A DNA stretch of 63,909 bases, filler included, from Hausera hauseri (lineage: Eukaryota), in the NCBI GenBank assembly GCA_046269625.1. It is 13 parts of 13 records of this genome, joined end to end, with 100 filler letters (N's around TTAATTAATTAA, not from the genome) between each part and the next. Parts side by side here need not be neighbours in the genome. Positions count along the whole stretch, not along the records: positions 19,678 to 24,387 come from JBJURY010465578.1; positions 24,488 to 28,729 come from JBJURY010680107.1; positions 28,830 to 33,136 come from JBJURY010644997.1; positions 33,237 to 39,191 come from JBJURY010163421.1; 9 more parts are not named here. The stretch is one strand, 5' to 3'. Below, piece by piece: positions 22,801-34,900 of the stretch (position 1 is the first letter of the stretch; every line of letters begins with the position of its first letter). The notes below the pieces were generated by a model. It saw only the letters and a program-made list of their open reading frames with translations. It had not been told where the DNA came from and did no database searches. The translations under genes were made by a program, and so were the position numbers.

Positions 22801-23526
22801 GAGGTGCAAAATGCTGCTACAATCGAGGAGTTAATTTCGTTTGTTTTCCCTCCCGAAATACTTGAAAGCCCCGACGAGTGTGCCAAGAGGGTTGTTCTTT
22901 GCACACTCAATACAAATGTAAAAGAAGTGAATACTGCAGTGTGCAGTTTGTTAGGTCGCGAGGTTCAAGAATCGTATAGTTTCGATTGTGTTGTAGATGA
23001 GGAAGAGACAGGATACGATATTGATGAATCCCTTCTTCATCACGCGGAGGCGAAAGGAGTTCCGGACCATGTATTAAAACTGAAAGTAGGAGCAGTTTGC
23101 ATGGTCATGCGGAACTTAAGTTTTGATTTAGGCTTGGTCAACGGGACAAAGGTAATAGTAGTTTCAATTTCTAATCGTCTCATCACGTGTCGTAGGCCAG
23201 GCTCAGATGAGCTTTTCGGAATCCCTCGAATTTCTTTTAAATTTCCCATCGGTATAAACAGTCCCGTTGAGATGATTAGGAGGCAGTTTCCTCTTCAACT
23301 GTCGTACGCAATGACAGTTCATCGAAGTCAGGGCCAAACAATAGATTACGTGGGGTTAGATTTGAGAACAGACTGCTTCACCCACGGGCAATTATATGTA
23401 GGTCTGAGTAGGGTAAGATGTCCGGAAAACATTCGCGTTCTTGTTCCCCCTCATAGACTAATAGACGGTGTGGCCTACACCAAAAACATAGTTTACCGGG
23501 AGTTGTTAGAGGATAAAAATACGTAA
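19873..23526 (+). CDS. Helitron Rep-helicase (HUH Rep plus PIF1 helicase); frame open from 19750, true start uncertain
   Basis: YFLTFT, VIEFQMRGLPHAHI, YLFKYISKG; DGPGGSGKT, IFDEASM, GDFRQIPPV, AMTVHRSQGQT, HGQLYVGLSRV. Confidence 0.97.
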   Translation: MALYKQLYNEPSENAHLVFKTTSRRIDGPVLGEKPSTTEVAAVISCENEQFAPTKVCVWKKGAARSHTISRGSALIEPFQYPLLYPEGKPGWGIDRKDNSNRKLTLLKYTRCLLLSEDRFSKFGRLSETWLVDMFARIDEERLQYIRRIQLNRNREGGLRTAPLDELEEAGNVNRDIQGDETVQGEGGIMPGRVYLPSSYTGGPRYMKVAYMDAMALVSRFGSPTYFLTFTAFGSWDEIKMSKHPNSKQEAHLVNRVFKLKLQELLNDLRCGKFFGELTYIVWVIEFQMRGLPHAHICFRVGNGGPVQGEEIDRVIRADIPKIDEAGGRLRTLVLRHMTHGPCGPGHRTDLPCWDEEVRKCAKNFPKPVTSTTYIDDRGFVQYKRDRNNKGEIQFRGRFISVDDTWVVPYNAALLLKYESHINLEIASAARVVKYLFKYISKGAPLRRMAVVEGNEEPDEVEQYVTKRYIGATDAAWRVLEFPIIGRKPTVQHLPVHIEGKQSVYFLVGKEQDAVRKSTSRLIIYFDRPKCEEMENLTYLDFYERFNVVTKKPSSSRVPIYDHADGLHFVFQRQRGESVARMFWVAPSCGEQFYLRVLLSKYPCRGYSDLYALGGPECTTFQQAARALGLADDRKEYFEALDEAVGFMKADRLRQFFVLLLQAGCSAPEMWIKFRSHLAEDFLVQFPNNEEKSFKLALIHIDRCLRRQGSCLKVVGLPHVDDVTTELGREKMEYSSLLEGRFVLEWQEKLSSDQSETFEYVRDLIRNNSTSSEKSKILFIDGPGGSGKTLLLKVIAAYVRSLDLVVICVASSGIAALNLRGGTTAHSMFKLPLELRDDGYWSITNLSQRAELIRESCLIIFDEASMAHRSIIETLERSMRDLMNSNEIFGGKIIIFSGDFRQIPPVVQGAKTPSEVVNSSVINSFIWKTVKTFNLHTSHRVAGHINYSNFLLQLGSNRVEQNRVGEGNEVLVALPAEVQNAATIEELISFVFPPEILESPDECAKRVVLCTLNTNVKEVNTAVCSLLGREVQESYSFDCVVDEEETGYDIDESLLHHAEAKGVPDHVLKLKVGAVCMVMRNLSFDLGLVNGTKVIVVSISNRLITCRRPGSDELFGIPRISFKFPIGINSPVEMIRRQFPLQLSYAMTVHRSQGQTIDYVGLDLRTDCFTHGQLYVGLSRVRCPENIRVLVPPHRLIDGVAYTKNIVYRELLEDKNT

Positions 23527-24144
23527 TTATACATTAAAATAAATTATCATTATACCATTGGAATAGCATCGTGCCGTGTATAAATACATTTAACATAAAA
23601 TAAATACTTAAAAATAAACAAATCGCCATTATTTTTTGAAAGAAATGTCCAAAATATACTTTTTATATAAAATTGAAACCCCCCCCAAAAATAATTTAGG
23701 ACTTAGAACTTATTTATTTAAAACATGTAATGATCAAAAATTATAATTAGGTATAACACATGAAGATACATAAGACGTTACGAATTTAGGATTCACAAAC
23801 AAAAAAAATTAATAAAACATTTACATATATATAGTTTTACTGTAGGCTACATTTTCAAATATTTGTAAGTCTAGGTTCCCTACTGGTTGGATCGTCCACC
23901 ACTGCTGTAAACTCATGTGGACGTAAGACCAGGCTTATCTTAGTGTGTTAGGTAGGCAGAGGATTAGGGCTCCGTTGCGATACCTCTATAAAAAAAGCGC
24001 GCCACTGTCCCTAGCTCTTGGCTGGTGGGGAAACGGGGCAACTGGCACAACTTTCTCTGTAGGTTTTTGTTTAAAAATCACGCACTAACAAAGAAATTAC
24101 TTTAGGACTTCTAGTGTAGAATTTAATAATTTATTTGAAAACTA

Positions 24145-24272
24145 AGTTTACCGGGAGTTGTTAGATGATAAAAATACATAACTATGAATAGAAATAAATT
24201 ATCATTTATACCATTGAAATTACATGTTGCAGCCTATAATTACACACAAAATATATTTAACATAAAATAAAT
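24145..24272 (+). repeat. Diverged direct duplicate of the Helitron ORF end and 3' flank (23490-23605)
   Basis: AGTTTACCGGGAGTTGTTAGA(G/T)GATAAAAATAC(G/A)TAA...AAATAAATTATCAT...TTTAACATAAAATAAAT present in both. Confidence 0.85.
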
Positions 24273-24487
24273 TCTTTATTTATTAATTTTTAATTTTGTT
24301 AGTGTTAGTGGCACGTTCAAATAGTGGGTAAATCGGGAGTTTTCAATTTTTTCCTGGGGGATCTGGCACCGGGGTCAACTTTGGTTANNNNNNNNNNNNN
24401 NNNNNNNNNNNNNNNNNNNNNNNNNNNNNNNTTAATTAATTAANNNNNNNNNNNNNNNNNNNNNNNNNNNNNNNNNNNNNNNNNNNN

Positions 24488-27168
24488 TTGAAGTATTGCT
24501 TGGAAAAACAAAGTATTGGTTTGTTTGTGGAGCAGAAGATAAATTGGTTGTTGACGGAGACAATGCAGGTGAAATGAATGCGCCACAAATTTCTGTTTGG
24601 GTCAAATCTGATGATAAAATGGATGGTAAATTGGCCTTTGTCTCTGGAAAAGGGTTTTCATTTAATTTCGCTGTCCCCGTCTCAAATATAATTTTTACTT
24701 TGTTTGATTTAATCGAGTCGTCAAAGTTCGGTACACCGTAAGCGAAAAAGTATCCGCAAATTTCCGCGTTGCTCAGTTAAGTAAAAATAATTCGATTGAT
24801 ATCAACCTTTCCCAGATCTACTTTCAAGTTTGATGGGATGCCGTCGAAATTTGTCCGATTAACAAATAGCCCAATGACTTTATATTCAACAGGAAGACAG
24901 TACGTGATTCTCAGATTGATTTCATTGTTTTCATTGCAACGATACACTGCAAGATCTTCGGCAGTATTATTCACCAAGACTACAATATTCCAATCGATGA
25001 TATAAACGCAGTGAAGCTTGAAACTAAGTCCAGTTTCATTGACACAATCCAACGAACTGTTTATATCAGACAGGACCTTAACGCTATTCGTTTTTTGTTC
25101 AATGAAGCATGCAAATATTTTGAGAAATCCAATAATGAATTTAAAATGATTTTTGAAACAGATCAAATCGGCTTTTCGCTTTTCTGTCATTAATAAATCA
25201 AATTATTTCAAATGAGGTTTTTCTGGAATGTCTGTTTTTAACGCAACTGCGAATTGTTTTCCATTTGAAGCCCATAAAACACAAAGGGCATTGTTAAGGG
25301 ATCCAATAATTTGCAATTGGCTACTGTCAATTATACACAGAAATATCGTACCATTCAACAACATTGTAAATGTTAAATTCTTATATTCTCCAAAAACGAA
25401 TTAGACAGATAATTCTATATATAATTTCTGTATATAACGACAATGTAAAATTCCAAATAAAAGAACGAGACAAATAATTCCAAATAACGCAATAACTACG
25501 TATAACTTTATTTTTTAAACTTACAATAATCAATTGTTTTTTCAAAAATTAGAAACTGTATAAAATTTATACAAAATTACAATACATTACAAAAGATATT
25601 ATGATAAAATAGTTCAAGACAAAGATGAAGCATAAACATTGGGTAAACCGTAAACTACAAAATTGATCGCGAATATGTTAGCACTTTCTGCATCTGTTTG
25701 ATGTATAGCTTCAGTAGCATTTTTATCGGTGTCAATTGTACTGGTAATTTTAACGGATCTCAGGGCATTTGCAGAATCACTAAGTGATTTACCATCATCG
25801 AGAAATTCAGTCATAAGTGATTTCAACAATTGCTTTGTCCAATCAACAAAACTCGGCCAGTGATTAGTAATCATGGATCGGAATCCCATAAGACTATATA
25901 ATTCCAAAGATTTTACAGAGTCCTGACTCCGGAGATTTTAAGATTCCGTTTGACTGTTTATTTGTACTAGACGATCTTTAGTTGTTCGGCTCCACATTTT
26001 ATCAAAGCAGCAAATTAACTAAATCGCGAGTGTTCAGGTGTGATATCTTCTGAGGAGTGATAAACGATAAAAGATTTTCCGTATTTATGTATATGATAGA
26101 TACGGCGTCTTTAAAATACAACTCAATTTCCGATAAAGAAGGATGGGTTCCTTTTCCAGTAATTCAAATCCATTTAGGAGTTATGCTCTGTTCTCTTCGT
26201 CCATCTGGAACATTTTTTGCATTGAGAGCATCTTTTAATTTAAGAAATAGTGGTCTAATTCTCGACAATTCAACTTCAACTTGTTCTCTTTTTTCTCTTT
26301 CATAAAACAATTGATCTGAAACATCTTCAAATTTGATGTTCGCAATAAAATTCCTGTGCTGATGGCTGACATGTCTATTGGTAGAGATTAAATTTAGCTA
26401 TCTTCAATTCACATTGGTATTTGAGAATGTGCTTTGTTTTTAAAGATCCTTTTGACTGATTATCACTACTTTCCAGTTGTAGGCATGTTTTCGTTTTTAG
26501 AGATCTGGAGGTCGGTTCAAAGTTGTTTGAACGGGAAATAATTCCAAATTTCTCTCAGATTGTAGTGGATTGTGGTGGTGCTCCAGCCCACGTCACCACA
26601 GTAAACATAATCGAATCAGTGGGATGCCATTTAAAGTAGTTCAAATTACACGATGAATTCAACGAACGACGAATAATCATTGATTCGCCATTTTCTCCAG
26701 TTTCGCCACCGAAGGAATCTCCATAAATTGCCCATTATTCCCGTTAATCACTATCAACGAATTGTCGCGATTAAAGTTTCCCCATAACAACCCAGCATTC
26801 GCTTTAAATTTAATTATAAATCGCAACAAATTATTTAAAGAGAGATAAAAATGTGAAAAGTGCCGTAAATCACCAACTGAAAAACCTACTAACCTTTCAC
26901 TGTCCAATTTTGTTTTCAGTATAGAGTGCCGTGTCAACAAAACACAGCATTAAGAAAACGCGCAGTTCGTTGAGGCAGGCCGAAGGAACGTCTGACACCA
27001 GTTGTTGAATTTGAACTTCATTTCCAATTCGTTCTGATTCAAATCAGAGTTGAATAGCATCAAGAAATTACCCGCATTTGTAGGGAGTTCTAACCTACCC
27101 CGAGAAAGGTTATGAGTCTCCCAGAGTTTCTGCAAAAAATGGCCAATGGGGATTTTAAAGATTTGCAA
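24488..27168 (-). pseudogene. NUP214: Disrupted, apparently rearranged nucleoporin Nup214/Nup159-like gene
   Basis: FKWHPTDSIMFTV; LNGTIFL...CVLWASNGKQFAVA...*FDLLMTEKRK; LHCVYIIDWNIVVLVNNTAEDLAV; LPVEYKVIGL; LSNAEICGYF resemble successive Nup214 beta-propeller blades, followed by an S/T/P-rich tail; stops and frameshifts present. Confidence 0.6.
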
Positions 27169-27480
27169 AAATGATCAACATCGACAGTTTGTTTTAAACA
27201 GAACCTTCCTCCCAACAAAAAATGAGTCTATACAGGCATTGAATAAAAAGGTGACTTGATTTCTTTGATAAATAAAAATGGCAGAATGAAGAAAAAAACT
27301 GAAAATCTATTTTTTTAAACTTTTAATCTAAAATATTTTCTTTTTATTTAAACAACACCAGATAGGAGGGGATCGTAAAGTCTGAAATTACGGCACTTTT
27401 TCATTTTTAACTTATATAGATTTATGATAACTTTACAAATGATTTTATTTGCTAATTCCATAGTTTTTTTTTCTCTTAAA

Positions 27481-27560
27481 TGGGCCAATGTGGGCACCAC
27501 ATCATCCTCCCGTGGCAAAGTGAAGACTGTACAGGGAAAAACCATGAAAGGCAAAATCTG
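27481..27560 (-). mobile_element. Fragment spanning the PPT/LTR junction of the same CsRn1-like family
   Basis: Reverse complement TTCACTTTGCCACGGGAGGATGA|TGTGGTGCCCA matches 44153-44186. Confidence 0.8.
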
Positions 27561-28073
27561 CAAGAGAATTCACAGATCGATTTCACAGATCGTTTTCCTG
27601 TGACGTATTTCCATCGCCCGATCTTAAATCAAAAACCACGTCTTGTTTGGATAAAATCATTTTATAGGTAGCAATTCTCGAGAGAAAATCCTTAAACAAA
27701 TCAAACGATTCAAAAATAAGTCCAATTTTCCATCTTGGTATCGAAAAATGAAGTGCATAATTCTTTCGGAATTGTCAATTCGAAGTCTGAGGTAATTCGC
27801 ATTTGCTCCAATGGGATTTTGTTGCTTCCATAGAGAAGAAAATTAAAACTGTTCTTTTCTGACAACATTGTCGAATTTTTTGTATATCACAAAAACTATG
27901 ACTTCAAAAGAATTTATTGAATATTCTGAACAATAATCAATGTTTTTAAAAAATCAAATTCGAAAAAAAACTTTTGTCTACTTTAGACCTTTTTTCATGT
28001 GCAACACGGGAACTCTGACTATGCTAATATGTTCAGAATGTATTTTTACTGCTCTGTCTATCAGAATTCCCTA

Positions 28074-28357
28074 TGTCGGATTAAATCCGGCTGGTGACCC
28101 AGACAAACCAGCAGTAATGCATTACTCAGCATTTCCAATGCGTGGCTAACGAGACACTTTGGAGTTGAATGAGTGAAAGAGTAGAGTATTAGAGCTATGA
28201 TAGCGAGGAGAAACAAGTCGGCGATATCCGCCTTTCCACGATGTCCTATTCGTGTGTTTATTCAGATTAATGGTTAATTCAACATGGCAGACTTGTTATA
28301 AACAGCAAAGCAGTTACGTATTACAGCAGAATTTGTCCCCGGCATTTTCCCCCTCCC
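28074..28357 (-). repeat. 3' LTR (28074-28344) and PPT (28345-28357) of another LTR element
   Basis: On the minus strand, PPT GGGAGGGGGAAAA then TGCCGG...CCGACA inverted termini with an internal AATAAA. Confidence 0.65.
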
Positions 28358-28849
28358 GATTCCTCAAAATTTAATGTCAGAGTATGAAGGTTTACAAGTC
28401 AGTTTAGTTTAGTTTTGTCGAAGGGTCAATATCTTCGCACACAGATAGATAGCACACAGATAAATATCCAAAAGCGTTCCATTCTCCTCCATTCTGGAGG
28501 AACTCAGCTCAGTGCACTTCAGTTGCACCGGCGAGGACCCTGAAGGGTGGGAAAATGTTTTCTAGAACTTTTCCCGGACAGCGGCCATTAGGCCAGTTCG
28601 TTTTTGATTTCCAACTGCCAAAGGATTTTTAATTTGCACGACAATGTACACGGAGGTCCGATCTCACTACCCAGAGATCGGGGGAAGTTATTATTAGAAG
28701 GTCCAGGAGAAATAATCCCAAGTGTACCTNNNNNNNNNNNNNNNNNNNNNNNNNNNNNNNNNNNNNNNNNNNNTTAATTAATTAANNNNNNNNNNNNNNN
28801 NNNNNNNNNNNNNNNNNNNNNNNNNNNNNTTTTGATTACTACTACTATT

Positions 28850-29020
28850 ATGCATAAATCGCATTTTACATTTAGCTCCACTGAGCTCAGTTACTATGGA
28901 AAGCTGCTCTTGGGCGCGAAATTTCGTAGCGTGTTTCCACTGGACTCTGTGCCTCGTGAGTTACGACAAATTGGTGGCTTCATTGTCAATAAACACACTT
29001 TATCGCTGCCTGGCGAATAT
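28850..29020 (+). pseudogene. N-terminal fragment of an adenain-like (Polinton PRO) cysteine protease
   Basis: FRSVFPLDSVP...FIVNKHTLSLPGE matches FxGVFPxDxLP...IVNTxxxxxPGEHW and is cut at the catalytic His. Confidence 0.75.
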
Positions 29021-31920
29021 TTTGGCAGTAGAAATATCCATTCCCGATACTAAAGCCGACATGCACTTTCATCTTTGAAGCAGACGATTTTCTTTTTGAT
29101 GGCGTTGCTATACAATGAATGATTCTGTGAGCAATTGGATGTGTCCAGTAATTCGTGTGCCATAATTTTCCGCAATAGTTGTTTTTTTGACGTTTCCCGG
29201 TTCCAAGAAAAACAATCTGTGTCACAGAAAATTATATTGATTCTGCATCCGCCGCCGCCTCAAAACATTTTCCGGCGTAGTACGAAATTGCGATGGTGCA
29301 GTTCATACATCCGCAACTTGCTCAGATCCAACACAACTTGTGCTATTTAACTTCACCGGTCCAGTACGACTTCTTCCCTGTTTATAATCACAGCAACCAA
29401 TGCATCGGCAATGTGCATTGACCGCCTGAACTGCACCTTGCACGTGTACGTGACAAACCGCTTTTCGCTATTAAACATGCGTACACTGAGCCGCTTATTC
29501 ACATTCTCTACTGTTTTTCCGTAGAGAGAATTGCTTTTTAGTTTGTAGTACTCCTTTCCAAATTTCATACAAGCTACAACTTCTTTGTCCGAATTCCGAC
29601 TGATATACAGCTTAAATATCGGAGCTTGTGCGAATCGGATTGCTCGATGAAGCTATGTGACGAGTACACCCAACTGCATGTAAAATTGCAACAGACGCCA
29701 ATGAACTGTGTAGTTTTGTTTAGGTTCATGCGTCATAAACAGCTTCTTCACCTTCGAGCTTGGTGGACATTGGCTGATTGGTGCGACCCGCAGTTCATCC
29801 AGAAAGTCATGCAGCTCATTTGGTACCACGAGATCGACTTCCATCAGGTACCGGATTGAGCTATTTTCTGTTGTGTCTGCTCTCCGCAGATTTTTCAGTA
29901 TTGCGTCCAGGTCATGTTTGTCGACTATCCATTCGAATAAACCGTACGACAATGGTTGTGAAAGCGCCCAGCCGTACAGGTTAATAATGTCAATATACAA
30001 CAGTGATGTGGTATCATCACTGGTTAGGTGATGCTTGTTGACAAATGTCATACCGTCGCAAATACCAACATCAAACATTCTGTACATTTCTGGGTCTTGC
30101 AATAGCTCGATATCTCGATTCAGTGACATCAGAGTTGATGCCCAACTCATCCCGAGTATTGAGTTAAAGTTGATTGGCTCCAGTCTATTTCCTGCCAACG
30201 CTTTAGCTCGATATGTCTGAAACACATCGACTAACAGGTACACATCCGATTTCACATAGGGAAGCATGTATTCCAACAGGTTTCTGCAGCCAAACTCTGC
30301 TCAAAACGACTGTGCTTTGTAATATACTTCTTCTGTGATACCGGGCCATTGTAGAGGTAATTCGTCTGTCGTCTGGAGCCGCTCGTATTATATCACCAAG
30401 TCATACGCAAATATACCTTTGCTACAAGCAGTATGTACAGGGAATTGAGTCAATATTAGTGGCACATCTGGTAATGCGTTTACAACCTTTGCCAGAGATT
30501 CATTGAGAAATTGCAATGAATCAAAAACGTGTACCTGGAATCGGTTTATACGAGCAGGTATTTCTCCATCGTAGTCGGAATTATGAACAGTTCATAGCGC
30601 GAAAATCCGTTCATTGACAATTTCAAAATATTGTGACAATCATAACCCATGAAGTTATAAAATACCACCGCACACGCCTTGCCAAATTGCATGAATTGCA
30701 TGCTGCTCCCAAGTATTAACTGGTAAAATGAACGTGATCCGGTACGATCCGTTCCTGTGCATCAAATGGTAATATTTTGTGGCACAGGTAACATTCATCG
30801 GTGGCTGCAAGCATCAGAGGTTTATATTCGTCTATCCACATCAAGAGTTTATTGCTATTTCTACTGTACCAGGGTGCGACTTCATTTTCTACCATTGTTT
30901 CCAACTAATGCAGGAAATCACGGATACAGTTCCAGCCGTGGAAAACGTAATACTGCGGCTGACCATTGGCTTTTATTGGGACTACAGACATACTGACACT
31001 GATTAAAACGTGCTTTTGATCGTATACATTGTGCCGTTGTAGAACGGCTTTAATATCGGCATATATCACGTATGCCAGAATGTCTGATTTTGACCAATCA
31101 CTGAATCTCAGCTCCCTTTTGACTGACATGACGTACATTGTGATTCCCGAGGAATTTTGTCTGCATAGAGTCATATGTTTCTCCCACGTTGTTTCTAATC
31201 TGAATCCGTTCAGGCATACAAGACACCATTTACATCGTATACGCCTTTGATAAACTGGTCATGTACCATGTTCAACAGTCTGTCCAAATTTGTCACTGCA
31301 ACGTAATGGAATTTTTCCTTTTACTGTAACACCAACAACTTTATTTGGCGGCCATTTGGGTTCCGATTACAATAGATTATATTCACATGAGGATTTTTGT
31401 AATTTTCTTCATCCGCCTGTATTTCTATTATTGTGTTGTAGCGGAACATGTTGATTTCCGGTGTCGGATTACGCCGTTCAAATGTCGGAATAGATTTCAT
31501 TTTTATCGGCATCCAGCATCCATTGTAATTTAATTCGCAAAATTATTTCTGATAGTGTTTTGGACTATATGACTATGTCTGTCCACTTGGTCATATTTCA
31601 ATACCGCCAGAATAATGTAAAGAAAACAATATTCATCGTTAGTATTTTTTACATTCACTACCGCCAGACTGCTTCAGAGCTGCAGGTGTCGGTATGAATG
31701 ATCGTCCAGACATATATTATGTCACTCGATTTTGTTGTGATAAAGCCGAGGGTGACAATTCGTATAGTTCGCCATCCACTACCCTTTTCCGTGTAGTTTC
31801 CGATTTTCTCCTCGAGCTTTTCGCTTACGTCGGCAATAAAATCATTGGCATATGGTACAGCTCGATGTGACAGGTACCATTGTTTCCTGTCACCTTTAAC
31901 GTTTTCAAATTCTGCAAGAC
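29018..31920 (-). pseudogene. polB: Protein-primed PolB, third copy, close relative of 10437-13550, truncated at both ends
   Basis: Collinear nucleotide similarity to the second copy; KLKSNSLYGKTVEN, LYIDIINLYGWALS, EKGSGW. Confidence 0.93.
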
Positions 31921-34900
31921 CTGAGACTGAAAACAGATAGTAGAAAGCCAAAATTTGTATTTGATTGGATTACAAAATAAATGACAATATGGCAACTTTA
32001 TTAGAATTTTATTAATTTTCATTAAAAATCGGATTTTTGTATGTGTTGTAAGTCCTGATCGTGGGGCAATTCGGACACATGCACACAAGCTTTACAGCAC
32101 TTCAACATTATACACACTAAGCAAAAGAAAAATGTTACTTCATATTGTTTTACATATAGAATTTTTTGCTGCATTTGCTTGGTTGTTCTTATTAAAAAAA
32201 TTACAACTGCTGATAAAATTGAAAACTTATCTACAAAATACAGCTGAACTCTATAAAATTGCACTGTACACAATTTGGGGTCACAAATAGTAGAATCACG
32301 TCTGATAAACAAAACGAACATAACGAACCAGCACAAAACGAGTACAAGAGAACTCAAGCATAGCAAACGAAACGATTGGTGAATCTTTTGGCACGCATGT
32401 CAAATTTCATATGGCAATTTTGATTAATTACTTTTATCAGAAATGAAAAATATTTTCGTGATGTTTGAGATGCGATATTGGAAAATGTTATCAGGCAATA
32501 TGTGGTCTGGCTCATTAGCAACATTTTCGTTATTGAATGCCGTCAATTAAGTCTGTATCTTTTGTTTTCTGTGGTCGAGAATTTCGATGGGTTTCTGTGA
32601 ACTGTTGTACAAACTGTTGAGATATAAAATCTGTATAAGTCGACAGACTGAGAATGTTAGCGGTGAACCTCCCCGAAGTAGAGAATCGGGCTCGACTACG
32701 GGTCCGATGCAGTAAAAACGAATGCCCGATTGTGCCCAGACAATATGAATCAAAGGGCATAGCTCATGGTGGACACCACAGTGGGCCCTATGCAATTCCC
32801 TCTATAACAATGCAAGATAGTTTCTTTTTAAGATTCGTTTATAATTGCAGCACGATCTTGCGTTCTCGCTTGGGTGGATGTGTCTGGTTTTTGAAATGCT
32901 TGTACTGAATGCGAAATCGGTGATTGTGTTATAAACACTTCTAGTCTTACCTATTTAAGATTTTACTGCAGCGTTTAGCCTTAATGTAGTCAAATCCCTC
33001 TTATTGGGCGATTCAAAACTATAGAAAATTTACAAATAAAATTTATTATGTAACAAATAACCAAAGTCTGTGCGACTTACAATATCATAATCAGAACTGA
33101 AATTATATCTCGTATTTGATTTCGGAATCTCGCTTGNNNNNNNNNNNNNNNNNNNNNNNNNNNNNNNNNNNNNNNNNNNNTTAATTAATTAANNNNNNNN
33201 NNNNNNNNNNNNNNNNNNNNNNNNNNNNNNNNNNNNCAAATTTTGCTTAATTTTTATGTATATATAGTTAAAATATGATATGCACACAAACACATCACTA
33301 AAACATCAACATCGTATTCAACTGATGGAAATGTATTTTTTACAAAATGTCTATTTCCTATTACTATACACATACTAATTAATAATAATGAATCCGTGAT
33401 ATTTTTATTCTCTCACAAATCTTCACATTTTCTGATTGCATATAGAAATTACTGATGGCATTATTTATGTACTCCTGTTAACAGACGCGTATCTATCACA
33501 ACCTATTCATGACAACATTGTACTTTGCGTTATTGATTTTATGCCAAAGTCGACCTTATTAAATTTGATCTGATTTACAGTGCAGTAAACAATCTTTTCT
33601 CGCCTTATTGAATCTTTATTTTTAAGTTACGGTGAAAATCAATTCAAAGAAAGTTGTTATAATTCGAAAGACCTGTTTGTCAAATTTCGTAATAAATTTT
33701 ATTTTCAAAATTGGGATATTTTAAAAAATGTTTAAAAAAATCATCCTGCTTATGTTAACATATTTAATAATTTAATTTTGTTAATTGATATTTTTGTGAA
33801 TCTAAATTTGGGAGGATGCTTTATTTATTACGTTGGCTTGTTCTCATCAATCATTTAATGAAACTTACGCAGGGAAAATTCAAAAGTCAAGTTTCAAAAT
33901 CTTGGTCGAACTTCCATATATCATAAGCTAATCAGAACGTCCATATGGTACGTCGTTGCGTACTTTTTCAATTCCCTTTGAACATGCAAAAGAATTTCGA
34001 AATGTGACGTATTTTTTTTGCCCTTTTTCGATCATTGGTATTTGAATTATCATGTTTGAATCATTGATGTTCTGTTCGACTAATAAATATTCGTCTAATA
34101 TTTGATTCATAATTTGTCGTCTTTCAGGTATCATTACACAGATCTCTTGCACTTTAATATAACACGAACGACACATTAGATCTCCAACTTTAATAGAATG
34201 TTAGTTTAAAAAGGAACAAAATTTTCAGGAAATTCCATAATTTTTTTTCACTTTAGGGACTATTGAAAAAGTTCGAAATTATGCAACATGTGTATGATCT
34301 TTGTTTGCAACTTTTTTCATTTTATTAATCATTATAATATTTTGCACTAGTACGACTAATTTTCATCAAAAAAAGCCCGACTTGCAGTAAAATAATATCA
34401 TGTCACATTACAGCTCTTTTCCTCGTCAGCGATTATTTAGTTCTTGGATCATTTCTCAATATATATTATCATTCTAGAATGTACTACTAGTATCAACTTT
34501 GAGTTAAACCTGACATTTATTAAAGAAGAATTATGTTTTGAGCCAGTAATCATTCGTCGATTAATCAGTGATTTAAAAATTTCAAATTTCGCTCGATTTA
34601 CTTTGTATTTATCAACTATTGAACTCACCGTCGTCTTTTTTGTAATTGCATTTAGGTTGTTGTGAGCCGTTATAAATAGAGTTAGATTTACTAATGAATA
34701 TTTTTTATTCATAAAATTACATGTTTTTCTGTTTTGGACTTTAAGAATTTTGGCTTCGTTTACCGTTTTCTTCTTCAACATAGAAAAAATAATATAAACT
34801 CGACAAACATGACCTTATGTTTCGTGTTCTGCATCCAAAGTATTCAAGCAATCGCAAGCAATATTAACATCTAATTATTTCATCAATTATCACACAATTC

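Noticed and set aside
24001-24046. Hammerhead or HDV-like ribozyme (GTC...GAAAC)
   Set aside because: No CUGANGA core or proper stem II; HDV P1 pairing and the catalytic C context are not satisfied.
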